Positions 1-12,435 of a stretch of DNA of 64,000 nucleotides are shown here, in pieces (within the stretch, counting starts at the first letter, position 1; the number at the start of each line of letters is the position of its first letter). The notes under the pieces were generated by a model. The model made no database searches and had not been told where the DNA came from. It saw nothing but the letters and a program-made list of their open reading frames with translations. A program made the translations under genes and the position numbers. The DNA comes from Macrostomum lignano (taxonomy: Eukaryota): positions 124,001 through 188,000 of the forward strand of contig NIVC01001375.1 of NCBI GenBank assembly GCA_002269645.1. The letters run 5' to 3'.

Positions 1-109
1 CTTGACCAACCTCCTTAATGAAAAAATTCAGGTGTTCAAAACTTCTGTGTAGCGGTTTTCGCTCACGCAGTGACAGCAGGCTGCGGACAAGATCTGCATT
101 TTCCTGTAG

Positions 110-227
110 ACAGCAGATCAGGTCACGGACGTTCGCCATGGAATGATTAATTGTGCCACTTTAAGAGCTGAACTGGCGAAAATGTCTCCATCAATCACTG
201 AGAGCGGAGGCTGGGATTCCATCATTG
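110..227 (+). CDS. Candidate internal exon (TADQVTDVRHGMINCATLRAELAKMSPSITESGGWDSII) with a Bcl-2 BH2-like motif; gene extends off the left edge
   Basis: Acceptor ctgcattttcctgtAG ends at 109 and donor GTACGT starts at 228. The 118 nt between them are open in phase 0. PSITESGGWDSII resembles recalled BH2 segments such as PWIQENGGWDTFV, but no BH1 is visible in the window. Confidence 0.3.
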
Positions 228-295
228 GTACGTTCGCGATGGATGCTTAGGGGCCGTCATCTTGATTGATCTATTTGAAGAATAGAGCTAGCTTC

Positions 296-1116
296 GAGAT
301 GGGAGATACTGGGATGGGAGATACTGAGATGGGAGATACTGAGATGGGAGATACTCAGAGATTGAGATGGGAGATACTCAGAGATTGAGATGGGAGATAC
401 TCAGAGATTGAGATGGGAGATACTCAGAGACTGAGATGGGAGATACTCAGAGACTGAGATGGGAGATACACAGAGATTGAGATGGAAGATACTCAGAGAC
501 TGAGATGAGAGATACTCAGAAATTGAGATGGGAGGTACTGAGATGGGAGATACTAAGAGACTGGGAAGGAAAATACTGAGATAGGAGATACTCAGAGATT
601 GAGATTGGAGATACTAAGAGACTGGGATGGGAAATACTGAGATAGGAGATACTCAGAGACTGAGATGGGAGATACTGAGATGGGAGATACTGAGATGGGA
701 GTTACTCAGAGATTGAGATGGGAGATACTCAGAGATTGAGATGGGAGATACTCAGAGATTGAGATGGGAGATACTCAGAGATTGAGATGGGAGATACTCA
801 GAGACTGAGATGGGAGATACTGAGATGGGAAATACTCAGAGATTGAGATGGGAGATACTCAGAGATTGAGATGGGAGATACTCAGAGATTGAGATGGGAA
901 ATACTGAGATAGGAGATACTCAGAGATTGAAATGGGAGATACTCAGAGATTGAACTGGGAGATACTCAGAGATTGAGATGTGAGATACTGAGATGGGAGA
1001 TACTGAGATGGGAGATACTGAGATGGGAGATACTGAGATGGGAGATACTGAGATGGGAGATACTGAGATGGGAGATACTGAGATGGGAGTTACTCAGAGA
1101 TTAAGATGGGAGATAC
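296..1116. repeat. 15/23-bp minisatellite (GAGATGGGAGATACT with or without CAGAGATT)
   Basis: Tandem units read directly. Confidence 0.95.
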
Positions 1117-1252
1117 GAAGACTAAGACAGAAGACGGGAGGAGAGAATTGAAAAACGGAGACAGCAAGACCAGCAGCACCTTACATCTCTTTACGAGTAT
1201 CTTACTGAGAGTAGTCAGCAAAGAAAACATATTTGCATGATGATTCACTAGT

Positions 1253-1258
1253 TTTATT
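1253..1258 (-). terminator. Probable polyadenylation signal AATAAA of the FADF neuropeptide gene
   Basis: tttatt on + at 1253-1258, about 105 nt downstream of the stop codon at 1362-1364. Confidence 0.5.
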
Positions 1259-1361
1259 TCTCAGTCAATTTTGTTGATTCGAAGACAGAGAGAAAAGCGT
1301 TCACGGCTATTCTAAGCTTCCACTCGGTGCAGATCTCAGTTTGTTCAAATCATTGCGCAAT

Positions 1362-1576
1362 TCAGAAGTCAGCAAATCTCTTAAAGTCGGCGAACCGCTT
1401 CTTGAAGTCGGCGAATCTCTTAAAGTCGGCGAATCTCTTCTTGAAGTCGGCGAATCTCTTAAAGTCGGCGAATCTCTTCTTGAAGTCGGCGAATCTTTTT
1501 CTAAAATCGGCGAAACGCTTTGTTGAAACCGAACTCTCCAGTTCTTGCTCGGCGGCCGACACAGCGCTGTTTGAGT
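1362..1576 (-). CDS. Neuropeptide precursor exon 2: (D)[24 protein letters not shown] x8, copies separated by KR/KKR/RKR, then stop
   Basis: Acceptor aaccttttcAG (AG at 1578-1577), phase 1, matching the phase-1 donor of exon 1. Eight identical FADF units are each preceded by a prohormone-convertase-type basic site. The last copy ends at TGA. Confidence 0.85.
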
Positions 1577-1611
1577 CTGAAAAGGTTTTTGCTGTACTTT
1601 GAATCCTCTGA

Positions 1612-2039
<428 letters not shown>

Positions 2040-2304
2040 ATTGTGTCTAAAAGACAATTTCAACGAAGTTTTCTTCGCTTTCTGCTCAGCTTCAAATTTT
2101 TCAGCGGAGCGTTAAACGAAATTAGAGGAGGCTGAGCCGCAGATGACTTGATCACCAACGCCATCTCAAGCTTGTGCAATCTTTAATTTAATAAAACTTT
2201 GCCTTCATGCTGATTTGACTAACAAGCAAAAGGTAGAAAAATTCGGTTTATAACTGGAATTCCAGACGTCTCATCAACTACCATTGTATTGTCTCCTCTC
2301 TCTC

Positions 2305-2860
2305 TCTACTACCTCCTTTTCAAACTCTACTCTACTCTCTACTCATGTCTCTACTCTCTACTTGACTCTACTCTAGTCTCTACTCTCTACTCTACTCTCT
2401 ACTCTACTCTCTACTCTACTCTCTACTCTACACTTTACTCTCTACTCTAGTCTCTACTCTAGTCTCTACTCTCTATTCTACTCTCTATTCTACTCTCTAC
2501 TCTCTACTCTACTCTCTACTCTACTCTCTACTCTACTCTCTACTCTGCTCTCTACTCTACTCTCTACTCTGCTCTCTACTCTACTCTCTACTCTCTACTC
2601 TACTCTCTACTCTACTCTCTACTCTACTCTCTACTCTACTCTCTACTCTAGTCTCTACTCTCTACTCTACTATCTACTCTACTCTCTACTCTCTACTCTA
2701 CTCTCTACTCTACTCTCTACTCTACTCTCTACTCTACTCTCTACTCTACTCTCTACTCTAGTCTCTACTCTCTACTCTACTATCTACTCTACTCTCTACT
2801 CTCTACTCTACTCTCTACTCTACTCTCTACTCTCTACTGGAGTCTCTACTCTCTACTCTC
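2305..2860. repeat. (CTCTA/CTCTACT)n mixed 5/7-bp simple repeat in the neuropeptide intron
   Basis: Tandem units read directly. Confidence 0.95.
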
Positions 2861-2917
2861 TGTTCCCACACTCGACTCTGATATCTGCATCTCAGTCTCC
2901 CTCCCGAGTGGTCTCAC

Positions 2918-3002
2918 CGTGAGCCGTGGCCGCAGCCACCAGGACGACCAGCATAGCCATCAGACCCAGGTAGCGAGTGCAGACAGCAGACGAGTGTCCC
3001 AT
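2918..3002 (-). CDS. Neuropeptide precursor exon 1: signal peptide MGHSSAVCTRYLGLMAMLVVLVAAATAH (alternative in-frame ATG at 3029)
   Basis: Hydrophobic core LGLMAMLVVLVAAA is followed by a small-residue cleavage region. Donor G|GTGAGA (GT at 2917-2916), phase 1. Splicing to 1576 gives a 99-aa (or 108-aa) preproprotein. Confidence 0.8.
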
Positions 3003-3326
3003 AGTGCTCAGTTGAGTAGTTCTCAGCATTGCCTGGTGCCTCTGTGCTCCGCAGTGATGACGAATGGTAAGATTCCCAAGATTTGGAGCCGGGTGAAGCC
3101 TATTTGTATCGGAAAAGTGGTTGGGAAGTTTTCCGAGATTCATAATTTATTGCCTTTTAAAGCATTGACCCAACTTTTTGACTAAACTGATCAACATTTA
3201 ATTACTGATTTATTGCTATCTAAAACGGTTGAATGAAACTTTATTAAATTTTACTTCATTCAGCTCAGTTCTGACTTTCATTTGTTGCTTTGAATCCTGC
3301 AAATATTCGGGCTATTGAACTGCTGA

Positions 3327-5412
3327 CTGCCTCACTGCTGTCTCACTGGTGTCTCACTGGTATCTCACTGCTGTCTCTCAGGTGTCTCACTGCTCTCTCA
3401 CAGGTATCTCACTGGTGTCTCACTGGTGTCTCACTGCTGTCTCACAGGTGTTTCACTGCTGTCTCACAGGTGTCTCACTGCTGTCTCACTGATGTTTCAC
3501 TGCTGTCTCACAGGTGTCTCACTGCTGTCTCACTGATGTTTCACTGCTGTCTCACAGGTGTTTCACTGCTGTCTCTCAGGTGTCTCACTGCTCTCTCACA
3601 GGTATCTCACTGGTGTCTCACTGGTGTCTCACTGCTATCTCACAGGTGTTTCACTGCTGTCTCACAGGTGTCTCACTGCTGTCTCACTGGTGTCTCACTG
3701 GTATCTCACTGCTGTCTCACTGGTGTCTCACTGGTATCTCATTGCTGTCTCACAGGTGTCTCACTGCTGTCTCACTGATGCTTCACTGCTGTCTCACAGG
3801 TGTTTCACTGCTGTCTCTCAGGTGTCTCACTGCTCTCTCACAGGTATCTCACTGCTGTCTCACAGGTGTTTCACTGCTGTCTCACAGGTGTCTCACTGCT
3901 GTCTCACTGATGTTTCACTGCTGTCTCACAGGTGTCTCACTGCTGTCTCACTGATGTTTCACTGCTGTCTCACAGGTGTTTCACTGCTGTCTCTCAGGTG
4001 TCTCACTGCTCTCTCACAGGTATCTCACTGGTGTCTCACTGGTGTCTCACTGCTATCTCACAGGTGTTTCACTGCTGTCTCACAGGTGTCTCACTGCTGT
4101 CTCACTGATGCTTCACTGCTGTCTCACAGGTGTTTCACTGCTGTCTCTCAGGTGTCTCACTGCTCTCTCACAGGTATCTCACTGCTGTCTCACAGGTGTT
4201 TCACTGCTGTCTCACAGGTGTCTCACTGCTGTCTCACTGATGTTTCACTGCTGTCTCACAGGTGTCTCACTGCTGTCTCACTGATGTTTCACTGCTGTCT
4301 CACAGGTGTTTCACTGCTGTCTCTCAGGTGTCTCACTGCTCTCTCACAGGTATCTCACTGGTGTCTCACTGGTGTCTCACTGCTATCTCACAGGTGTTTC
4401 ACTGCTGTCTCACAGGTGTCTCACTGCTGTCTCACTGGTGTCTCACTGGTATCTCACTGCTGTCTCACTGGTGTCTCACTGGTATCTCATTGCTGTCTCA
4501 CAGGTGTCTCACTGCTGTCTCACTGATGCTTCACTGCTGTCTCACAGGTGTTTCACTGCTGTCTCTCAGGTGTCTCACTGCTCTCTCACAGGTATCTCAC
4601 TGGTGTCTCACTGGTGTCTCACTGCTGTCTCACAGGTGTTTCACTGCTGTCTCACAGGTGTCTCACTGCTGTCTCACTGATGTTTCACTGCTGTCTCACA
4701 GGTGTCTCACTGCTGTCTCACTGATGTTTCACTGCTGTCTCACAGGTGTTTCACTGCTGTCTCTCAGGTGTCTCACTGCTCTCTCACAGGTATCTCACTG
4801 GTGTCTCACTGGTGTCTCACTGCTGTCTCACTGCTATCTCACAGGTGTTTCACTGCTGTCTCACAGGTGTCTCACTGCTGTCTCACTGGTGTCTCACTGT
4901 TATCTCACTGCTGTCTCACTGGTGTCTCACTGGTATCTCATTGCTGTCTCACAGGTGTCTCACAGGTGTCTCACAGTATCTCACTGCTGTCTCACTGCTG
5001 TCTCACTGGTGTCTTACTGGTATCTCATTGCTGTCTCACAGGTGTTTCACTGCTGTATCACAGGTGTCTCACTGCTGTCTCACTGATGTTTCACTGCTGT
5101 CTCACAGGTGTCTCACTGCTGTCTCACTGATGCTTCACTGCTGTCTCACAGGTGTTTCACTGCTGTCTCACTGATGCTTCACTGCTGTCTCACAGGTGTT
5201 TCACTGCTGTCTCTCAGGTGTCTCACTGCTCTCTCACAGGTATCTCACTGGTGTCTCACTGGTGTCTCACTGCTGTCTCACTGCTATCTCACAGGTGTTT
5301 CACTGCTGTCTCACTGGTGTCTCACTGGTATCTCACTGCTGTCTCACTGCTGTCTCACTGCTGTCTCATTGCTGTCTCACAGGTGTCTCACTGCTGTCAC
5401 AATGCTGTCTCA
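3327..5412. repeat. 11-bp minisatellite (CTGCTGTCTCA / CAGGTGTCTCA / CTGGTGTCTCA variants) with higher-order duplication
   Basis: 11-bp period. Identical variant strings recur 748 bp apart (3514 vs 4262; 3558 vs 4306). Confidence 0.95.
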
Positions 5413-5934
5413 CTATTGTGCCTATTATGCCTATTCGCAGCTCAAGTTGTAAATACTTAATGCAAATCGCAAACAGCCAGGACCTGCTCAGCTCTTTGTC
5501 CTGCTATCTGGAGCATCCAGTCCTGAGGATGCGAGCCGAACTGATCCGATTCGCTCATAAGCCCGACACGTTCAGGCTATAAAATGCTCAGGTTTCTATT
5601 AATTAGGCTAACCAGCTCTCAGATATAGTTTTTTCCTGAGCTGTGCGCAGACACTGGGAAATTCGGGGGCTTAAATCCTTCGCTAATCCGAGCCGCGAGC
5701 TGGTCCCGTTTGTTGCTCTCCAAATCTCAATAGAGATATGCTTGGAATGGGAGGCCAAGTCACGGGATAATCTGGACGAATACTGTTCGAAGTAGTTAAA
5801 CCCAAATTCATTGCGACGTGCATCAGAACATTTAATAGGCTGTTAGATCTGCTAGATTTGGAGAATTAGACCTCGGGATGTTAACCCATGTTAACGGACT
5901 GCTTGTTAGGTACGAAATATAATCTGTTAAACAC

Positions 5935-7965
5935 GTACCTCTTAGATACCTGTTAGACACGGGAATGCTACCTGTTAGGCAGTAAATGCTACCTGTTAGA
6001 CAGGGAATGCTACCTGTTAGACACAGAATGATTATCCATCAGACACGGAATGATTATCCATCAGACACGGAATGATTATCTATTAGACACGGAATGATTA
6101 TCTATTAGACACGGATGATTATGTATTAGACACAGAATGATTATCTATTAGACACGGAATGATATCTGTTAGACACGGAATGATTGTCTATTAGACACGG
6201 ATGATTATCTATTAGACACGGAATGATTATCTATTAGACACGGAATTAGTATCTATTAGACACGGAATGATTATCTATTAGACACGGAATGATTATCTAT
6301 TAGACACGGAATGATTATCTATTAGACACGGATGATTATCTATTAGACACGAAATGATTATCCATTAGACACGGAATGATTATCCATCAGACACGGAATG
6401 ATTATCTATTAGACACGGAATGATTATCTATTAGACACGGATGATTATCTATTAGACACGGAATGATTATCTATTAGACACGGAATGATTATCTATTAGA
6501 CACAGAATGATTATCTATTAGACACGTATGATTATGTATTAGACACGGAATGATATCTGTTAGACACGGAATGACTGTCTATTAGACACGGATGATTATC
6601 TATTAGACACGGAATGATTGTCTATTAGACACGGATGATTATGTATTAGACACGGATGATTATCGATTAGACACGGAATGATTATCTATTAGACACGGAA
6701 TGATTATCTATTAGACACGGAATGATTATCTATTAGACACGGATGATTATCCATCAGACACGGAATGATTATCTATTAGACACGGAATGATTATCTATTA
6801 GACACGGAATGATTATCTATTAGACACGTATGATTATGTATTAGACACGGAATGATATCTGTTAGACACGGAATGATTATCTATTAGACACGGATGATTA
6901 TCTATTAGACACGAAATGATTATCCATTAGACACGGAATGATTATCCATCAGACACGGAATGATTATCTATTAGACACGGAATGATTATCTATTAGACAC
7001 GGAATGATTATCTATTAGACACGTATGATTATGTATTAGACACGGAATGATATCTGTTAGACACGGAATGATTATCTATTAGACACGGAATGATTATCTA
7101 TTAGACACGGATGATTATCTATTAGACACGGAATGATTATCCATCAGACACGGAATGATTATCTATTAGACACGGAATGATTATCCATCAGACACGGAAT
7201 GATTATCTATTAGACACGGAATGATTATCTATTAGACACGGAATGATTATCTATTAGACACGTATGATTATGTATTAGACACGGAATGATATCTGTTAGA
7301 CACGGAATGATTATCTATTAGACACGGATGATTATCTATTAGACACGAAATGATTATCCATTAGACACGGAATGATTATCCATCAGACACGGAATGATTA
7401 TCTATTAGACACGGAATGATTATCTATTAGACACGGATGATTATCTATTAGACACGTATGATTATGTATTAGACACGGAATGATATCTGTTAGACACGGA
7501 ATGACTGTCTATTAGACACGGATGATTATCTATTAGACACGGAATGATTGTCTATTAGACACGGAATGATTATCTATTAGACACGGAATGATTATGTATT
7601 AGACACGGAATGATTATCTATTAGACACGGAATGATTATCTATTAGACACGGAATGATTATCTATTAGACACGGAATGATTATCTACTAGACACGGAATG
7701 ATTATCTATTAGACACAGAATGATTATCCATTGGACACGGAATGATTATCTATTAGACACGGAATGATTATGTATTAGACACGGAATGATTATCCATTGG
7801 ACACGGAATGATTATCTATTAGACACGGAATGATTATCCATTGGACACGGAATGATTATCTATTAGACACGGAATGATTATCTATTAGACAGAGAATGAT
7901 TATCCATTAGACACGGAATGATATCTGTTAGACACGGAATGCTTCCTGTTAGATACAGGATAATC
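5935..7965. repeat. 22/21-bp minisatellite (ATTAGACACGGAATGATTATCT)
   Basis: About 90 units. Divergent CTGTTAGACAC..AATGCTAC-type units occur at both ends. Confidence 0.97.
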
Positions 7966-8341
7966 CGTTAGATAAAAGATGTTTCAAACACCTACAAAAT
8001 TACCATAAACAGCTTACAGAATTGTTCCAGAACTGCTAAAGAAGTGTCCAAGCCCGCTTATCGGAGAACAGCAAAGCGAATGGCCAGCTCAAGCTCGGCT
8101 GGATTTTATACGGGTCGAAAACAAGCAGCAGGACAAGTTGCTCCACTTTTCGGACATTCAGTTCACTCTATCCCTATTGGATGCTATCTATCACTAGAGA
8201 AGGGAGAAGGTAAGCCTGCAGAAAGAAGAGCCTGATGATGGCATCCATTCATTCATCATCTTGCAATCGGAGAATTTTTCTTCGCGCCCCACGCGTCTTT
8301 AATCTGCGTGCGGTAAGCAAAGTGCCGAGAATTGATGGCCT

Positions 8342-8475
8342 TCTTCTATAATAATAAAGCATGTGTCAGTATGTTTTCTCTAGCAGGTTTTTACTTCACT
8401 CTTGCAGATCTTCTATAATAATAAAGCATGTGTCAGTATGTTTTCTCTAGCAGGTTTTTACTTCACTCTTGCAGA
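8342..8475. repeat. Perfect 67-bp tandem duplication beginning TCTTCTATAATAATAAAG
   Basis: 8342-8408 is repeated at 8409-8475. Confidence 0.9.
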
Positions 8476-8489
8476 CAGGAATCATTTCT

Positions 8490-9325
8490 GACAGTCCTTC
8501 TAGCCAATCAGCGACGAGCTATCGTCATGTGGTGTGAGGTGGGGTAATATATACAAACAGAAATCTATCCTAATAGTCCTTCCAGCCAATCAGCGACGAG
8601 CTATCGTCATGTGAAGTGGGGTAGGTGATAAATACAGACAGAAATCTATCTTAATAGTTCTTCTAGCCAATCAGCGACGAGCTATCGTCATGTGAAGTGG
8701 GGTAGGTGATAAATACAGGCAGAAATCTATCCCAATAGTTCTTCTAGCCAATCAGCGACGAGCTATCGTCATGTGGTGTGAGGTGGGGTAATATATACAA
8801 ACAGAAATCTATCCTAATAGTCCTTCCAGCCAATCAGCGACGAGCTATCGTCATGTGAAGTGGGGTAGGTGATAAATACAGACAGAAATCTATCTTAATA
8901 GTCCTTCTAGCCAATCAGCGACGAGCTATCATCATGTGGTGTGAGGTGGGGTAATATATACAAACAGAAATCTATCCTAATAGTCCTTCCAGCCAATCAG
9001 CGACGAGCTATCGTCATGTGAAGTGGGGTAGGTGATAAATACAGACAGAAATCTATCTTAATAGTTCTTCTAGCCAATCAGCGACGAGCTATCGTCATGT
9101 GAAGTGGGGTAGGTGATAAATACAGGCAGAAATCTATCCCAATAGTTCTTCTAGCCAATCAGCGACGAGCTATCGTCATGTGAAGTGGGGTAGGTGATAA
9201 ATACAGGCAGAAATCTATCCCAATAGTTCTTCTAGCTAATCAGCGACGAGCTATCGTCATGTGGAGCGAGGTTGTTAATAAAGACAGGAATCGTTTTCAA
9301 TAGTTCTGGCCAATCAGCGAGAAGC
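8490..9325. repeat. 81/82-bp minisatellite, 11 units, each carrying AGCCAATCAGC (CCAAT box) plus the hairpin GACGA-GCTA-TCGTC
   Basis: CCAAT at 8504, 8586, 8667, 8748, 8830, 8911, 8993, 9074, 9155, 9236 (CTAAT variant) and 9310. Two subtypes alternate. Confidence 0.92.
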
Positions 9326-9952
9326 AATAATCTATCATTTTTAGTTTAAAAAATTTAAGTAACAAAAGCGAATAGAAATCAAAGTATTTATTAACTGACT
9401 AAATCATCTCTAGGCACAACGTTTTACGAGTGCAGAAGCGGACAGAGAGACAAATAGAGCGCGAAGTGAATGATTTTCATAGAGCAAATATATATTTTCA
9501 ATGAATTGAATCGCATTTCTGTTTTGCACGTACAACATATTTTCTTTTCAAGTACAGGTTTTTCGCTATGCACAAAGTATTTACACAAAATTTCATACTA
9601 TCGAATTAAAAAATTGCATTATGCCGTTTCAATTGTCGGTTTGTTTGTTGTGCGACTAAAATGTTCAGCAAAACGAGTTAAGAGTTCTTGGATGACACTC
9701 GAAGAGAAGCAGACAGGCAGGGAAATAATTCAATTTGTATTGCAGAGGCCGTTTCAAAGTGAAAATATAAAAAGAACCAGCAGCCAGCAAACAAAACGGC
9801 TTCAGCAGAGCGGAAGCGACGCGGTCAAAGTCGAAGAGGTCTGCCGTATGAAAATGCAAGCGCGCTAAACTAACTACTTACTGATGCGAGTAGTGCGCGA
9901 AGAATTCTGGTCAGTACAGTAGGAGGGTAATTTTTTACTCGAGTGCCCTCAT

Positions 9953-11110
9953 TCCGATCCCGAATAGCTCACAGATTCCGATCCCGAATAGCTCACAGAT
10001 TCCGATCCCGAATAGCTCACAGATTCCGATCCCGAATAGCTCACAGATTCCGATCCCGAATAGCTCACAGATTCTGATCCCGAATAGCTCACAGATTCTG
10101 ATCCCGAATAGCTCACAGATTCTGATCCCGAATATTCACAGATTCTGATCCCGAATAGCTCACAGATTCTGATCCCGAATAGCTCACAGATTCTGATCCC
10201 GAATATTCACAGATTCTGATCCCGAATAGCTCACAGATTCCGATCCCGAATAGCTCACAGATTCTGATCCCGAATATTCACAGACTCTGATCCCGAATAT
10301 TCACAGACTCTGATCCTGAATATTCACAGACTCTGATCCCGAATATTCACAGACTCTGATCCCGAATAGCTCACAGATTCTGATCCTGAATATTCACAGA
10401 CTCTGATCCCGAATATTCACAGACTCTGATCCCTAATAGCTCACAGATTCCGATCCCGAATAGCTCACAGATTCTGATCCCGAATATTCACAGACTCTGA
10501 TCCCGAATAGCTCACAGATTCTGATCTAGAATATTCACAGACTCTGATCCCGAATAGCTCACAGATTCTGATCCCGAATATTCACAGATTCTGATCCCGA
10601 ATATTCACAGACTCTGATCCCGAATATTCACAGACTCTGATCCCGAATAGCTCACAGATTCTGATCCCGAATATTCACAGATTCTGATCCCGAATATTCA
10701 CAGACTCTGATCCCGAATATTCACAGACTCTGATCCCGAATAGCTCACAGATTCCGATCCCGAATAGCTCACAGATTCTGATCCCGAATATTCACAGACT
10801 CTGATCCCGAATAGCTCACAGATTCTGATCCCGAATATTTACAGACTCTGATCCCGAATATTCACAGACTCTGATCCCGAATAGCTCACAGATTCTGATC
10901 CTGAATATTCACAGACTCTGATCCCGAATATTCACAGACTCTGATCCCGAATATTCACAGACTCTGATCCCGAATATTCACAGACTCTGATCCCGAATAG
11001 CTCACAGATTCTGATCCTGAATATTCACAGACTCTGATCCCGAATATTCACAGACTCTGATCCTGAATATTCACAGACTCTGATCCCGAATAGTTCACGA
11101 AATCTGATCC
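9953..11110. repeat. 24/23-bp minisatellite (TCCGATCCCGAATAGCTCACAGAT / TCTGATCCCGAATATTCACAGAC)
   Basis: Tandem units read directly. Confidence 0.97.
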
Positions 11111-11691
11111 GAAAATTTCCGAATTTCAACTCCCCCTAAGCGGTATCCAAAGCATTTTGGGTACTAAAAATAGAACAAGATACTAAGATTAGAAAAGAAA
11201 GATATTGATTATCAAGGTGAACATTGTGATAGCATGAAATTTAAAAAGCAACTACAAGTACACAAACAGCCCTGAGAGAGAAAATCCAATTAGGCGAGTT
11301 TCGGTGGAGATAAGTTGACGACAAAAAAACCGTTTTTTATGCAACTAAGAGACAAATGTAAAATAACTAATAAGAACTACTAAAAGTAGTTTAACTGGAG
11401 ACGGTTCTAAAACCAAAAAAGTTTTTATACACTAATTGCTGACATATAAAGATGATAAGATGTCTGTATGCATTACTTTAAGTAGAAATTTGCATCAATA
11501 TTTGTTGATATATCAATTAGGTAGCTTAGTAAAAATACAGCTTTAACCAACTTGAGACTTGAATGGCGGCGGCTGAGCTAGGGGGGATTCCCCGATGCTA
11601 TTTTTAGACACGCCAGGGTTAGAGGTTTTTGGCACAGGGAGTTGAGGGCTATCACAAAGTTGGGATTGTGAGCAAAATTTGTCCCAAAGCT

Positions 11692-11825
11692 TCATGCTGC
11701 ATAGAGATTCACTGCGGTTAGACAGGCCAGCAAGCAGAGGCTGATTGTTCTGGCTGATAGCCAGACTCTTGCTGAGTTGGACCCCAGCCTGGACTCCGAG
11801 TTGATTCGAACGTACTTGTCGATTT
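11692..11825 (-). CDS. KAL1: KAL1 exon 11 (last): (E)IDKYVRINSESRLGSNSARVWLSARTISLCLLACLTAVNLYAA*, GPI-signal-like tail
   Basis: Acceptor gctattttccAG (11827-11826). Phase 1 matches the exon 10 donor. TGA at 11694-11692. Confidence 0.7.
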
Positions 11826-11869
11826 CTGGAAAATAGCAAGCGGATTCTCTTAGGCTATTTGCAACGAAA

Positions 11870-12435
11870 TCGATAGGGAATTCCCAACAAAACCAATAGG
11901 TAATTCCCAACAAAACCAATAGGTAATTCCCAAAAAACCAATAGGGGATTCCAAAAAAACCAATAGGGAATTCCCAACAAAACCAATAGGTAATTCCCAA
12001 AAAACCAATAGGGGATTCCAAAAAAACCAATAGGGAATTCCCAACAAAACCAATAGGTAATTCCCAAAAAACCAATAGGGGATTCCAAAAAAACCAATAG
12101 GGAATTCCCAACAAAACCAATAGGGAATTCTCAACAAATCCAATAGGGAATTTCCAACAAAACCAATAGGGAATTTCCAACAAAACCAATAGGGAATTCT
12201 CAACAAATCCAATAGGGAATTTCCAACAAAACCAATAGGGAATTTCCAACAAAACCAATAGGGAATTTCCAACAAAACCTATAGGGAATTCCCAACAAAA
12301 CCAATAGGGAATTTCCAACAAAACCAATAGGGAATTTCCAACAAAACCTATAGGGAATTCCCAACAAAACCAATAGGGAATTTCCAACAAAACCAATAGG
12401 GGATTCCCAACAAAAATCAAAACAGGGATTCCCAG
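11870..12435. repeat. ~24-bp minisatellite (GGAATTCCCAACAAAACCAATAGG variants), KAL1 intron 10
   Basis: Tandem units read directly. Confidence 0.95.

Noticed and set aside
1307-1602. Alternative readings of the neuropeptide repeat ([13 protein letters not shown] on -, [13 protein letters not shown] on +)
   Set aside because: These are shadow frames of the same 18/21-nt coding repeat. Only the KRFADF frame has a phase-compatible acceptor, a signal-peptide exon and processing sites.
5455-5582. Unique tail of ORF 5196-5582 (QDLLSSLSCYLEHPVLRMRAELIRFAHK...)
   Set aside because: No motif, no convincing splice partners, and the rest of the ORF is repeat-derived.
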